A stretch of 27,343 nucleotides of DNA from a virus. Taxonomy: Duplodnaviria; Heunggongvirae; Uroviricota; Caudoviricetes. Where the stretch lies: the IMG/VR virus record IMGVR_UViG_2695420565_000003; one strand, 5' to 3'. Shown piece after piece: positions 17,455 through 25,362 of this stretch (position 1 is its first letter; each line of letters starts with the position of its first letter). The notes under the pieces were generated by a model. That model saw only the letters and a list, made by a program, of their open reading frames with translations. It searched no databases and was not told the DNA's origin. A program made the position numbers and the translations under genes.

Positions 17455-17498
17455 AGCCCCATAGTGATAAATAATCATAAAACTATGGGGGCTTTTTC
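17455..17498 (+). terminator. Terminator after the tape measure gene
   Basis: AGCCCCATAGT ... ACTATGGGGGCT stem with a 16-nt AT-rich loop, followed by TTTTT. Confidence 0.55.
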
Positions 17499-17499
17499 T

Positions 17500-18060
17500 A
17501 TGTTCAAATCCAAGAATATTAAAATCACAGATTTTACTCTTAAATCAAAACAGCCTTTCTTCAAGGCGCAATCTATATCCGGTAAGTTCCAGCGTCGCTT
17601 TACTGGCATCCATTTTTACGAAGCAGAATTTACCGCGAATTTCATGGCTCAGGATATTAACGAAGTAAAAGAATTTGTAGCACGTCACCTTTTTGGTCGT
17701 CCTTTCAATGTACCACTGTCTTACTTTTCAAAATATACAGGTGATGTACGCCAGATGGTAACGGCTGCTGCTGGTACTGCTCGCGGTGGGCGTAAGGTGA
17801 GAATCTCCAACTTCACCGGAACACTGAAAGCGGGAACTATCATCCAGTTTGAGAACCACAAGAAAATCTACACGATCACCGAAGATGTGAAATCAGGTGG
17901 TGAAATGAAACTCTTCCCTAACTTGCGTCAGAACGTCCTGGCGGGTGAGGTGATCAAGTATCAGAACGTAGAAGGTGAATTTGTTCTCAAAACTGAAAAC
18001 ATCGATTGGAAGATCGCCCAGATCGGCAAGATGAAATTTGAATTAGTGGAGAATGTATAA
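17500..18060 (+). CDS. Minor tail protein (lambda gpM position / distal tail protein)
   Basis: The track ORF starts at 17464 inside the terminator hairpin. ATG 17500 (MFKSKNIK...) is the likelier start, though ATG 17485 is possible. Assigned by synteny. Confidence 0.55.
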   Translation: MFKSKNIKITDFTLKSKQPFFKAQSISGKFQRRFTGIHFYEAEFTANFMAQDINEVKEFVARHLFGRPFNVPLSYFSKYTGDVRQMVTAAAGTARGGRKVRISNFTGTLKAGTIIQFENHKKIYTITEDVKSGGEMKLFPNLRQNVLAGEVIKYQNVEGEFVLKTENIDWKIAQIGKMKFELVENV

Positions 18061-18713
18061 TGGCAACTATTCAGGAATCATTCAGCAAACTATGCACTAA
18101 TCTGGACTTCATCGAGGTATACAACGACCAGACAGGTCAGAATGTGTCTAGATTGACTCTACCGCAGCTTTTTTCCACTGGATCGATGTTCCACATTATC
18201 GAAGTAGTAACCGCGTCAGGGGACGTTTTACGGCTTACAGACGGGTACTTCGATTTGGACTATAACGGATTTACGTATCTCGCAACGGGTGATTTTCTTC
18301 AAATCTCATCGAATACCGAAGAGAAGGAGATCAACAACAACGGGATCAACGTAACTGTTTCTAACGTCCGCGAAGAATACATTACCTTGATTCGTAACAA
18401 GCAATTCGATAAATCTGATGTGAAAATCGAGATGGTTTTCCTGAACCCTAACACGGGCAAGGTTGAAACTACTTACCCTGTTTTCCGTGGGGTAGTCGAT
18501 TCCATCGGGATTAACATCGAACATGAAGATGAAGAGTGTAAAAACGAATCAGAATTTCAGCTTAATAGTATCTGGGAAGTTCTAGATAAAAACGCTCGTA
18601 GTCATGCTTCCGATGGTATCCACCGATCCTATGTTGGAAACGAGAACGATCTATTCTTCTCCCGTGCCGGGAAGTGGCAAAGCGAGTCGAAGTGGTTTAG
18701 CTCTAAGAAATAA
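18060..18713 (+). CDS. Minor tail protein (lambda gpL position)
   Basis: 217-aa ORF whose start overlaps the upstream stop (ATAATGG). Assigned by synteny within the M-L-K-I/J block. Confidence 0.55.
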   Translation: MATIQESFSKLCTNLDFIEVYNDQTGQNVSRLTLPQLFSTGSMFHIIEVVTASGDVLRLTDGYFDLDYNGFTYLATGDFLQISSNTEEKEINNNGINVTVSNVREEYITLIRNKQFDKSDVKIEMVFLNPNTGKVETTYPVFRGVVDSIGINIEHEDEECKNESEFQLNSIWEVLDKNARSHASDGIHRSYVGNENDLFFSRAGKWQSESKWFSSKK

Positions 18714-18759
18714 TCCCTTCTCCCTAAGCCTAGTAAATAACAGCATGGAGGTATTCAAC

Positions 18760-19179
18760 ATGCTAAAAACTAGGCTTATCACCGATTACATCAATTCTTT
18801 AATAGGTCAGGAGTTCGTTCAGGGTGAGAATGATTGCAATCTCATTGCATGTAAGATCATCGATATTCTCGCTGGTACTGACCTATATAATTCTCTTTAT
18901 AAAAAATATTCAACTAAAGAAGAAGGCTTGAAAATCTGCAAAGAATTAAGCGGGTATTCAAACATCCTTCAACCAATTAAGAAACATTTCAAATTAGTCA
19001 CTGATGATTTACAGGACGGCGACTTACTGGTCACAGCCCACAAATTAGGAAACCGTAATTATTATTCCGTAGTTCCTCATTATTCCGGTTATGGCCTCGT
19101 TGAAGAAGATGGTATCTGGATGACCATTCCTGTTTCAGACATTGACTATGAACAAGTTTATAGATTCGGGGGTGAATAA
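18760..19179 (+). CDS. Tail assembly protein, lambda gpK-like (possible NlpC/P60-type Cys/His peptidase fold)
   Basis: The track ORF starts at 18604. ATG 18760 has a GGAGG RBS 8 nt upstream. It contains 'ENDCNLIACKI' (candidate catalytic Cys) and 'VVPHYSGYG' (candidate His). Assigned by synteny. Confidence 0.5.
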   Translation: MLKTRLITDYINSLIGQEFVQGENDCNLIACKIIDILAGTDLYNSLYKKYSTKEEGLKICKELSGYSNILQPIKKHFKLVTDDLQDGDLLVTAHKLGNRNYYSVVPHYSGYGLVEEDGIWMTIPVSDIDYEQVYRFGGE

Positions 19180-22100
19180 TGGGATTTGAAATATTGGTAG
19201 GCGCGGTTATTGCTGGTGCGTCTGCTGGGATGGCTGCTGCTGCAACATTTTCTGTTATGACCGCAGTCGCTATCGGTATGGCTGCTGGTGCAATGACCTT
19301 GATCGCTTCCACTGTAGGCGCACCAAAAACACCGAAAGTACAAAGCCCAGATAATGCGGTGACACTAGGAACATCAAACGATCCTAAGACAGTATTACCC
19401 GTTCTTTTCGGTACTACCCGCACAGGTGCAATCTGCGTTTACAAAGCAATTTCTAAGCAAGAAAACAATAAGTTAGTGCAAATCTTCGCAATTGCCGAGG
19501 GTGAAATCGACCATTACAAAGCACTGTTTATCGATAACAAAAATGTTCTTGTTGGTAAGAACATGACGATCCGTGATGGTGTACTGGACAAAGGCAACAT
19601 TAAAGAAGAATACCGGAAAGTTTTAGAGGTTGAGTTCCGCACGGGTAAGAATCCTAACACCGCTTTGTCACTGGCAAAACGTCACTTAGGGTCAGACTGG
19701 AACGACAACTACAAAGGCAATGGTATTGCAACCATGTGTATTGTGTTACGCCGTGATGATAAATCTCTTGCTGCTGGTGTTGATATTCTCCAACCAAATA
19801 GCCAGGTAGCGGTCGATGTTATGGGCTTAAAAATCCGTAACCTTGAAACCAATGCTATTGAGGCTAGCACTAACGGCGTGGACCAGATTTTCCACTACCT
19901 AACAAATGAAAAATATGGCTTATCCGTACCAATTGAAAACATTAACGTTGATTCATTCCTGAAAGTACGTAAGCAAGTACGTCAGATGGACCTACATTCG
20001 AACGGTGCATGTGATCCGAACGCCAGCTTTAAAGAGAACTTGACTAGCCTTATGCAGACTTTCGGCGGGGTGATGTTCGAATCCTTCGGAAGAATTACCC
20101 TGAAACTGGATGCTCCTGATATTGTTAAGCATACATTCAATGAAGACAATATCATGATGGGTAAGGTATCACTGAAAACAGGTGGCACTAACGGTTATTT
20201 CAATACCATTAACGCGATGTATCAAGAACCATCAATTGACTATTCAGAGCAAATGCTACGTTATCCGGCTGATGCTGAAAACGATGCTACTATTCGTCAA
20301 GATGGTCGAATTATCGCTAAGGATATCGAATATCGTTTTGTTAAGTCTAAAGCCCAGATTGATAAACTTGCGAGCATTGAACGAAATAAATCTCGTATCA
20401 CTCAGGTTATCAGCTTTATGACTACTGACGCATTCACTGCCGAGGTGTGGGATGTTATCAGCGTAACCTATGATGAATTAAAACTGAATAATTCACTTTG
20501 GCGTATTACTGCAATTGACCGCTCGATTGATTCTGGTATTGCTGGGATGATGACGATCACCGCCACAGAATATAATTCTCAGGTTTATACTGACCTGAAC
20601 TATGCGGCTAACCCAGATAACCGACCAAGTGGTTTACCGGATTCAATGACAGTACAGAAGCCTACTAATTTCAGAATTAAGGCAACTGGTGAAACAATCT
20701 ATGGTAAGAACGTTACTTTAACATGGGATGCGCCGGAAGATTTTAACCGCTACGGCTTCCAGATTGATTACCGTGTTAGTGGATCGCCTAACTGGATTAA
20801 GCTGGGACAGACTTCACAGCAAATTTTCAGTGTCAGTGCACTGGCAAAAGATCGTTCTTATGATTACCGAGTTTGTGCTTTCGGTATCATCGCGAGATCT
20901 GATTGGGTAGAACTGATTAACCAGAATCCTACTGTTACCTATGAATTACCGACTCCGGTTATTCGAATCAAAAATCAGGGTAGCACGCCAGGAACTTTCG
21001 AAGGTAATGATCTGATTATCGAATGGGAAAATCAGCAACAATTAGATGTGATGATCAACGGTGAAACTAACAAGTTTAGTGACCTGTTTGAAGCATACAT
21101 TATCAAGGTGACTAACAAGGCTGGTAAGTCTATTCAGTACCGTACCCGCGATCCTGAATCATGGACTTATACACTTGATATGAACCAGTTTAACGGCCTT
21201 TCGCGACAACTTACGGTAGAAGTATCGGCTAAGGGCTATAACAACTCAGAGAGCGCCCCAGCGCGTTTAGTGGCTATTAACCCACAGCATAAAGGTATTA
21301 AAGGTTTTAGTGCGCGTGGTGGTTTTAATGCTGCTTTCGTTAGCTGGAACGGTGATGTTCTGGAACAGGACTATGCTGGGACGATTGTACAATTTGCAAC
21401 CGATAGCACTTTCTCCGATGCAAGGGCGGTAAGCACGAATAGTGTTAGCCATACATCTTTCGACTTGACGGACGGGGATTATTATCTTCGCGCGGCACAT
21501 TACGATATTTTCGGTATGGATGATGCTGTTTGGTCTGAACCGTATTTCATGCAAATGAAATCTACCATTAGCTGGGACGATCAGGACAAAGAAGCACTGG
21601 AAGACCTGATCGGTTTACAAGATCGATTAGATGAAACTATCGCGGATGCTATTAAGCAAGCTGGCGCTAATGCCGATGCTAAAATTGATGCAATGCATAA
21701 GCAAATCACTACTGAAACGGGTAAAACAGTTCAAGCCTCAGCCGATACTCTCAAGAGTCTGATTGCTTCTGGTGATAAGGCAAGTTCAACTAAGATTGAT
21801 CAGGTTAAAGCTGAACTGAAAGGCGATATCACCAAAGAAGTTAGTGCATCTGCTACTACCCTGAAACAAGCTATTGCTACCAGTGAGGCAGCAAGCGCAA
21901 CTAAGATTGATCAAGTTCGGGTAGAAATGGATGGCAAGATTGCTGGTGTGAATCAGGAAGCAGATGTAAAAATCGATGCTTTGAAGGGAACCATTAACAG
22001 CAAATATAACCTGGCAGTTAATGCAGATGGTCGCGTGGCTGGTATTCACATGAGCGCAAGCAATGATCCGGCACAACCGACTAAAATCATCTTTACGGCT

Positions 22101-22958
22101 GATAAAATTGCTGTAGCTCCGCAGAATGGGACCGATGTTTGCCCGTTTGGTATCGAAGGTAACAAGGTTTATCTCGATAATGCGATGATTCGTAATGCTG
22201 CAATTGGTACAGCCCAGATTAATGATGCGGCAATTACTACCGCTAAGATCGGCAATGCTGCAATTAACAGCGCGAAGATTCAGGACGGGGCAATCACTAA
22301 CGCCAAGATCGTAAACGGTGCTATTGATAATGCCAAAATTGGTAACTATATCCAGTCTTCCAACTGGAACGGATCTACCGGATGGCATATCAACAAGAGC
22401 GGGTCCGCTACGTTCATGAACGCTACCGTTAAAGGTAATATCACGGCTGATTCTGGTACTCTGAACAACGTCACGATTAACTCTAGCTGTGTTATTAAGG
22501 GTATGCTTGAAGCTACTCAGGTTAAGGGTGATTTCGTTAAGGTGATTGGTCGTAAGTTCCCGCACCGTGATGTTAACGTTGATAATGGTTATGCTGGCTA
22601 TCCACAGGGTACGGTCACTGTTCGCGTTGAAGATGATCACAAGTTCGATCGTCAAATCGTTATTCCGGCAATTAGTTTTGGTGGATTGCGAGCGCGTGAA
22701 GGGTCGAACAATAATACCTATTACGACACATGTCGCCTGATTGTTCGTAAGAATGGGTCAGAGTTGTATAATAGGGCGTATGGCGGTAATACTGGTCTTT
22801 ACTCAGGTGTTATTGATATGCCAGCGGGTAAAGGTGCTGTGACCTTGACCTTTGAAGTGCAATCAAGCGCAATCAACAACTGGACGCCTAGCACATGGAT
22901 CAGTGATTTAACTGTAATGGTAACTAAAAAAGCCACTACGGGTATTACTGTTTCTTAA
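19179..22958 (+). CDS. Central tail fiber / host specificity protein (lambda gpJ-like) with an N-terminal gpI-like segment
   Basis: 1259 aa. The N-terminus is a hydrophobic Gly/Ala-rich segment followed by 'PKTPKVQ...VLPVLFGTTRTG', resembling the lambda gpI C-terminus. The C-terminus 'GTLNNVTINSSC...DDHKFDRQIVIPAISF...VIDMPAGKGAVTLTFEV...TVMVTKKATTGITVS' resembles the lambda J receptor-binding end as I recall it. Confidence 0.85.
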   Translation: MGFEILVGAVIAGASAGMAAAATFSVMTAVAIGMAAGAMTLIASTVGAPKTPKVQSPDNAVTLGTSNDPKTVLPVLFGTTRTGAICVYKAISKQENNKLVQIFAIAEGEIDHYKALFIDNKNVLVGKNMTIRDGVLDKGNIKEEYRKVLEVEFRTGKNPNTALSLAKRHLGSDWNDNYKGNGIATMCIVLRRDDKSLAAGVDILQPNSQVAVDVMGLKIRNLETNAIEASTNGVDQIFHYLTNEKYGLSVPIENINVDSFLKVRKQVRQMDLHSNGACDPNASFKENLTSLMQTFGGVMFESFGRITLKLDAPDIVKHTFNEDNIMMGKVSLKTGGTNGYFNTINAMYQEPSIDYSEQMLRYPADAENDATIRQDGRIIAKDIEYRFVKSKAQIDKLASIERNKSRITQVISFMTTDAFTAEVWDVISVTYDELKLNNSLWRITAIDRSIDSGIAGMMTITATEYNSQVYTDLNYAANPDNRPSGLPDSMTVQKPTNFRIKATGETIYGKNVTLTWDAPEDFNRYGFQIDYRVSGSPNWIKLGQTSQQIFSVSALAKDRSYDYRVCAFGIIARSDWVELINQNPTVTYELPTPVIRIKNQGSTPGTFEGNDLIIEWENQQQLDVMINGETNKFSDLFEAYIIKVTNKAGKSIQYRTRDPESWTYTLDMNQFNGLSRQLTVEVSAKGYNNSESAPARLVAINPQHKGIKGFSARGGFNAAFVSWNGDVLEQDYAGTIVQFATDSTFSDARAVSTNSVSHTSFDLTDGDYYLRAAHYDIFGMDDAVWSEPYFMQMKSTISWDDQDKEALEDLIGLQDRLDETIADAIKQAGANADAKIDAMHKQITTETGKTVQASADTLKSLIASGDKASSTKIDQVKAELKGDITKEVSASATTLKQAIATSEAASATKIDQVRVEMDGKIAGVNQEADVKIDALKGTINSKYNLAVNADGRVAGIHMSASNDPAQPTKIIFTADKIAVAPQNGTDVCPFGIEGNKVYLDNAMIRNAAIGTAQINDAAITTAKIGNAAINSAKIQDGAITNAKIVNGAIDNAKIGNYIQSSNWNGSTGWHINKSGSATFMNATVKGNITADSGTLNNVTINSSCVIKGMLEATQVKGDFVKVIGRKFPHRDVNVDNGYAGYPQGTVTVRVEDDHKFDRQIVIPAISFGGLRAREGSNNNTYYDTCRLIVRKNGSELYNRAYGGNTGLYSGVIDMPAGKGAVTLTFEVQSSAINNWTPSTWISDLTVMVTKKATTGITVS
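21682..21990 (+). repeat. In-frame tandem repeats (~111 bp / 37 aa units beginning 'KID') within the J-like gene
   Basis: 'KIDAMHKQITTETGKTVQASADTLKSLIASGDKASST' is followed by 'KIDQVKAELKGDITKEVSASATTLKQAIATSEAASAT' and then partial units 'KIDQVRVEMDGK...' and 'KIDALKG...'. Confidence 0.5.
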
Positions 22959-22978
22959 AAATTTAATTTTAATAATTA

Positions 22979-23020
22979 ATCCCGCTTAATTCTTTTGAGT
23001 TAGGCGGGATTATTTTTATC
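22979..23020 (+). terminator. Terminator after the J-like gene
   Basis: AATCCCGC ... GCGGGATT 8-bp stem with an 18-nt loop, followed by ATTTTTAT. Confidence 0.55.
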
Positions 23021-23064
23021 TAAATAATTTTGCCATTAAACTATATAAAAATATCGGGGGCGTA

Positions 23065-23343
23065 ATGACTGAAATTATATATGGCGGTATCGGTGTTATC
23101 GCCTTAATTTGTGGTGGTCTTTGGAGACTTCACCGAAATCAATTAGCAACTGAAAATAGATTGTCGAAATTGGAATCCAGCGACGCATTGTTAAACCAGA
23201 AGTTTGAGACGATGCAGAATAACCATACTCAGATTGCTGAACGTGTTTACCAAATGGAACAAACACTACACGGTATAGAGAAGAAAGTGGTTGCGATGGA
23301 CGCCAAATTTGACCAAGTTCTCGACATACTCAAACAAAAATAA
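23065..23343 (+). CDS. Membrane protein with an N-terminal TM helix and coiled coil (holin-associated or i-spanin-like lysis protein)
   Basis: 'IIYGGIGVIALICGGLW' is a hydrophobic helix followed by a heptad-like charged region. RBS GGGGG. Confidence 0.45.
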   Translation: MTEIIYGGIGVIALICGGLWRLHRNQLATENRLSKLESSDALLNQKFETMQNNHTQIAERVYQMEQTLHGIEKKVVAMDAKFDQVLDILKQK

Positions 23344-23361
23344 TAATAAAGGGGTGAATAT

Positions 23362-23532
23362 ATGAAGAATAAACTTAAGAAATATTTTGGTTATCTCTTG
23401 ATTGTCGCCCTCACTTATAACGTAGCTATTAGACCTCTGCTAACGTCCTTTGGGCTTGAACTCCCGGCTATGACCGTGGATGAACAATTGCTAAGGACAC
23501 TGGCGGGGGTCTTTTCGTTATTAGGGGGCTAA
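23362..23532 (+). CDS. Small single-TM protein (56 aa), candidate holin/pinholin; not in the supplied ORF track
   Basis: ATG preceded by AAAGGGGTGAATAT. Translation is 'MKNKLKKYFGYLLIVALTYNVAIRPLLTSFGLELPAMTVDEQLLRTLAGVFSLLGG'. The stop overlaps the next start. Confidence 0.4.
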   Translation: MKNKLKKYFGYLLIVALTYNVAIRPLLTSFGLELPAMTVDEQLLRTLAGVFSLLGG

Positions 23533-23533
23533 C

Positions 23534-24217
23534 ATGGCAACCAGTACCAATAAACGAAACGCTCTAAGGACTAAGAAAGCGTTACGGCAATGGTCTGAAA
23601 AGGCAACCGATACATTCGAAAGGGCACTAGGGGAAGGGGCGATCTTTGCTTCCAGAGCACTCCAGAAGAAGATTAACAAGAATGTTGATAGACCTACTCG
23701 CTGGACTCAGCAAGCTGTAGGTAATACCAACTACAAGAACCGATCAGGGACGAGACACCAAATCTTCATCAAGGGCGCAAGGGATAAGGACAAGAAGATC
23801 GGCAGTCAGGATGACTATCTGAAACACTATTTCGATGGGGGCAAAATCAATAAGCTAGTTCCAATCGCCAACGGTAAGGTCTTAGACTCCCACGGGAACA
23901 TTAAGGCCATTAAAGGCGGTAAGATGATGCGTAACATCGAAAATGGCAACTTCATCAAGGTAGAGAACCAGGAAGGGACTTTTATCATGAAGAAGTACAA
24001 GCCTAAGAAATCCCGAACCAAACGCGCTAGGAATGGATCTGCGGTGGCAAAACGTCGCTTAGAGAAACGCATACAGAAACAGAGTAAGCGAATTGTTGCC
24101 GTTAAGTCGGATAAAATTTCTACTCGTTATTCGACGCTAGGATCGTGGGAAAGCAACGAAGCAATGATGCTTGAAAACATCAATAAGCACATTAAATCGC
24201 GCATGAAATACGTTTAA
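23534..24217 (+). CDS. Highly basic (Lys/Arg-rich) hypothetical protein (227 aa)
   Basis: ORF with a GGGGG RBS. Strongly polybasic, suggesting nucleic-acid binding. Function unknown. Confidence 0.55.
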   Translation: MATSTNKRNALRTKKALRQWSEKATDTFERALGEGAIFASRALQKKINKNVDRPTRWTQQAVGNTNYKNRSGTRHQIFIKGARDKDKKIGSQDDYLKHYFDGGKINKLVPIANGKVLDSHGNIKAIKGGKMMRNIENGNFIKVENQEGTFIMKKYKPKKSRTKRARNGSAVAKRRLEKRIQKQSKRIVAVKSDKISTRYSTLGSWESNEAMMLENINKHIKSRMKYV

Positions 24218-24226
24218 TCAATAAAT

Positions 24227-24250
24227 ACCCTCATAGAATCTTATGGGGGT
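24227..24250 (+). other. Stem-loop after the 227-aa gene
   Basis: ACCCTCATA-GAATCT-TATGGGGGT (9-bp stem with one G-U pair). No T-run. The downstream arm doubles as the GGGGG RBS of the next gene. Confidence 0.3.
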
Positions 24251-24255
24251 ATAAC

Positions 24256-24603
24256 ATGGCTAAAAATATTTTCACTGAATTTCCTACTTATCCGGTTGAT
24301 CAGCTTTCCGGTATTTTTATTAATGGCATTAGCCCAGAATCAATGACCTATGATTTTGAGGCGAAGAGAGTTAAACATAAACAATATAAAGAATGTATCC
24401 GTGACCATGAAAAGGGGACCGTGTTTTGTGTCGCTACATTGGCTAAACGTCCTAAATATCGTTTTCGTGTAGGGCAAGAAGTCGATGTAGTTAATCCTTA
24501 TAGCTTTAACTGTCTGGGTGATGCACGCGCGGTGTGTGTAGGCACTGCTCCTTATTATATCAAGGGTATGCGCTTTATTGGTTATATCTTCGAAATGATC
24601 TAA
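24256..24603 (+). CDS. Hypothetical protein (115 aa)
   Basis: ORF with a GGGGG RBS. No recognised motif. Confidence 0.5.
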   Translation: MAKNIFTEFPTYPVDQLSGIFINGISPESMTYDFEAKRVKHKQYKECIRDHEKGTVFCVATLAKRPKYRFRVGQEVDVVNPYSFNCLGDARAVCVGTAPYYIKGMRFIGYIFEMI

Positions 24604-24612
24604 GGGGGTAAT

Positions 24613-24966
24613 ATGTTAAGTAAGCATTTTTCTCGCAAGGAATTTAAATGTAAATGCGGAAAATGTGATTATGATACAATCGACGCTGAATTACTGGTGA
24701 TTCTTGAGGATGTACGAGAGCACTTCGGGAAGCCAGTAATTATTAACAGTGGGAACCGTTGCCCGACTCATAATAAGAATGTTGGCGGCGCAACCAATAG
24801 CTATCATGTTCGAGGCCGTGCGGCTGACATTGTTATCAAGGGTGTCTCGCCTGATATTGTTCATGCTTATCTTGATGGGAAATATCCTACTCAATACGGC
24901 TTAGGAAAATATAAAACCTTTACGCATATTGATTCCAGATCAAAAAAATCACGGTGGAATGGATAA
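24613..24966 (+). CDS. Endolysin, peptidase M15-type (L-alanyl-D-glutamate / D-Ala-D-Ala peptidase fold)
   Basis: 'SGNRCPTHNKNVGGATNSYHVRGRAADI' and 'THID' match the zinc-peptidase M15 signature. RBS AAGGGGGTAATATG. No signal or SAR sequence. Confidence 0.8.
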   Translation: MLSKHFSRKEFKCKCGKCDYDTIDAELLVILEDVREHFGKPVIINSGNRCPTHNKNVGGATNSYHVRGRAADIVIKGVSPDIVHAYLDGKYPTQYGLGKYKTFTHIDSRSKKSRWNG

Positions 24967-24972
24967 AACAAA

Positions 24973-24997
24973 AGCGCCTCTGGTGGGCGCTTTTTTG
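24973..24997 (+). terminator. Rho-independent terminator after the endolysin gene
   Basis: AGCGCC-TCTGGTG-GGCGCT followed by TTTTTTG. Confidence 0.75.
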
Positions 24998-25111
24998 TTA
25001 GAATATGCTGGCGACGTTAGCTATATTTCTGACCATTTTTTCATTATAGACAAATATACCGCAGAAGATAAAGTGGTATTTGATGAAGCAGATCCGTCAC
25101 TGGTTGAAGCA

Positions 25112-25315
25112 ATGAAAGAACCGGAACCAGTAGAAGAAACTCCGGTAGTGGAACCAGTCATTGAAGAAGTTCAGCCAGCAGTTGAAGAAGTACCAGAAGT
25201 TAACGCAGAATCTCCGGTAGCCAACATTTTCTCTGACGAGGCAGAACATCGTTCTCCGGTACACGACACAGAAACATTTTGCGATCTTACTGGTTTCCAA
25301 AACTACAATAATTAA
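25112..25315 (+). CDS. Small acidic Pro/Glu/Val-rich protein (67 aa from this ATG; start uncertain)
   Basis: The track ORF (24929..25315) starts inside the endolysin gene and crosses the terminator, so the real start must be internal: GTG 25073 or ATG 25112. 'MKEPEPVEETPVVEPVIEEVQPAVEEVPEV...'. No strong RBS. Confidence 0.3.
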   Translation: MKEPEPVEETPVVEPVIEEVQPAVEEVPEVNAESPVANIFSDEAEHRSPVHDTETFCDLTGFQNYNN

Positions 25316-25325
25316 TTCTTATAAA

Positions 25326-25362
25326 TAGTAGTGAATATTATTTTATTGAGGATTCACTACTA
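25326..25362 (+). promoter_or_regulatory. Perfect 11-bp inverted repeat spanning the RBS and start codon of the 25362 gene
   Basis: TAGTAGTGAAT-(15 nt, containing TGAGG)-ATTCACTACTA. The right arm ends at the A of the ATG. Confidence 0.5.

Noticed and set aside
21786-22655. Long antisense ORF (289 aa) opposite the J-like gene
   Set aside because: It lies entirely within the J-like gene where the sense strand has clear lambda-J-like motifs. The antisense translation is low complexity and arises from the repeat-rich region.
23022-23064. Sigma-70-like promoter upstream of the lysis genes (TTGCCA ... TATAAA)
   Set aside because: The spacing between the candidate -35 and -10 elements is wrong (about 8 nt), and the region is generally AT-rich, so the match is not distinguishable from background.
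24929-25111. 5' portion of the track ORF 24929..25315, starting inside the endolysin gene
   Set aside because: This part of the frame overlaps the endolysin coding sequence out of frame and runs through the intrinsic terminator hairpin. Only the distal acidic part is plausible as a gene.
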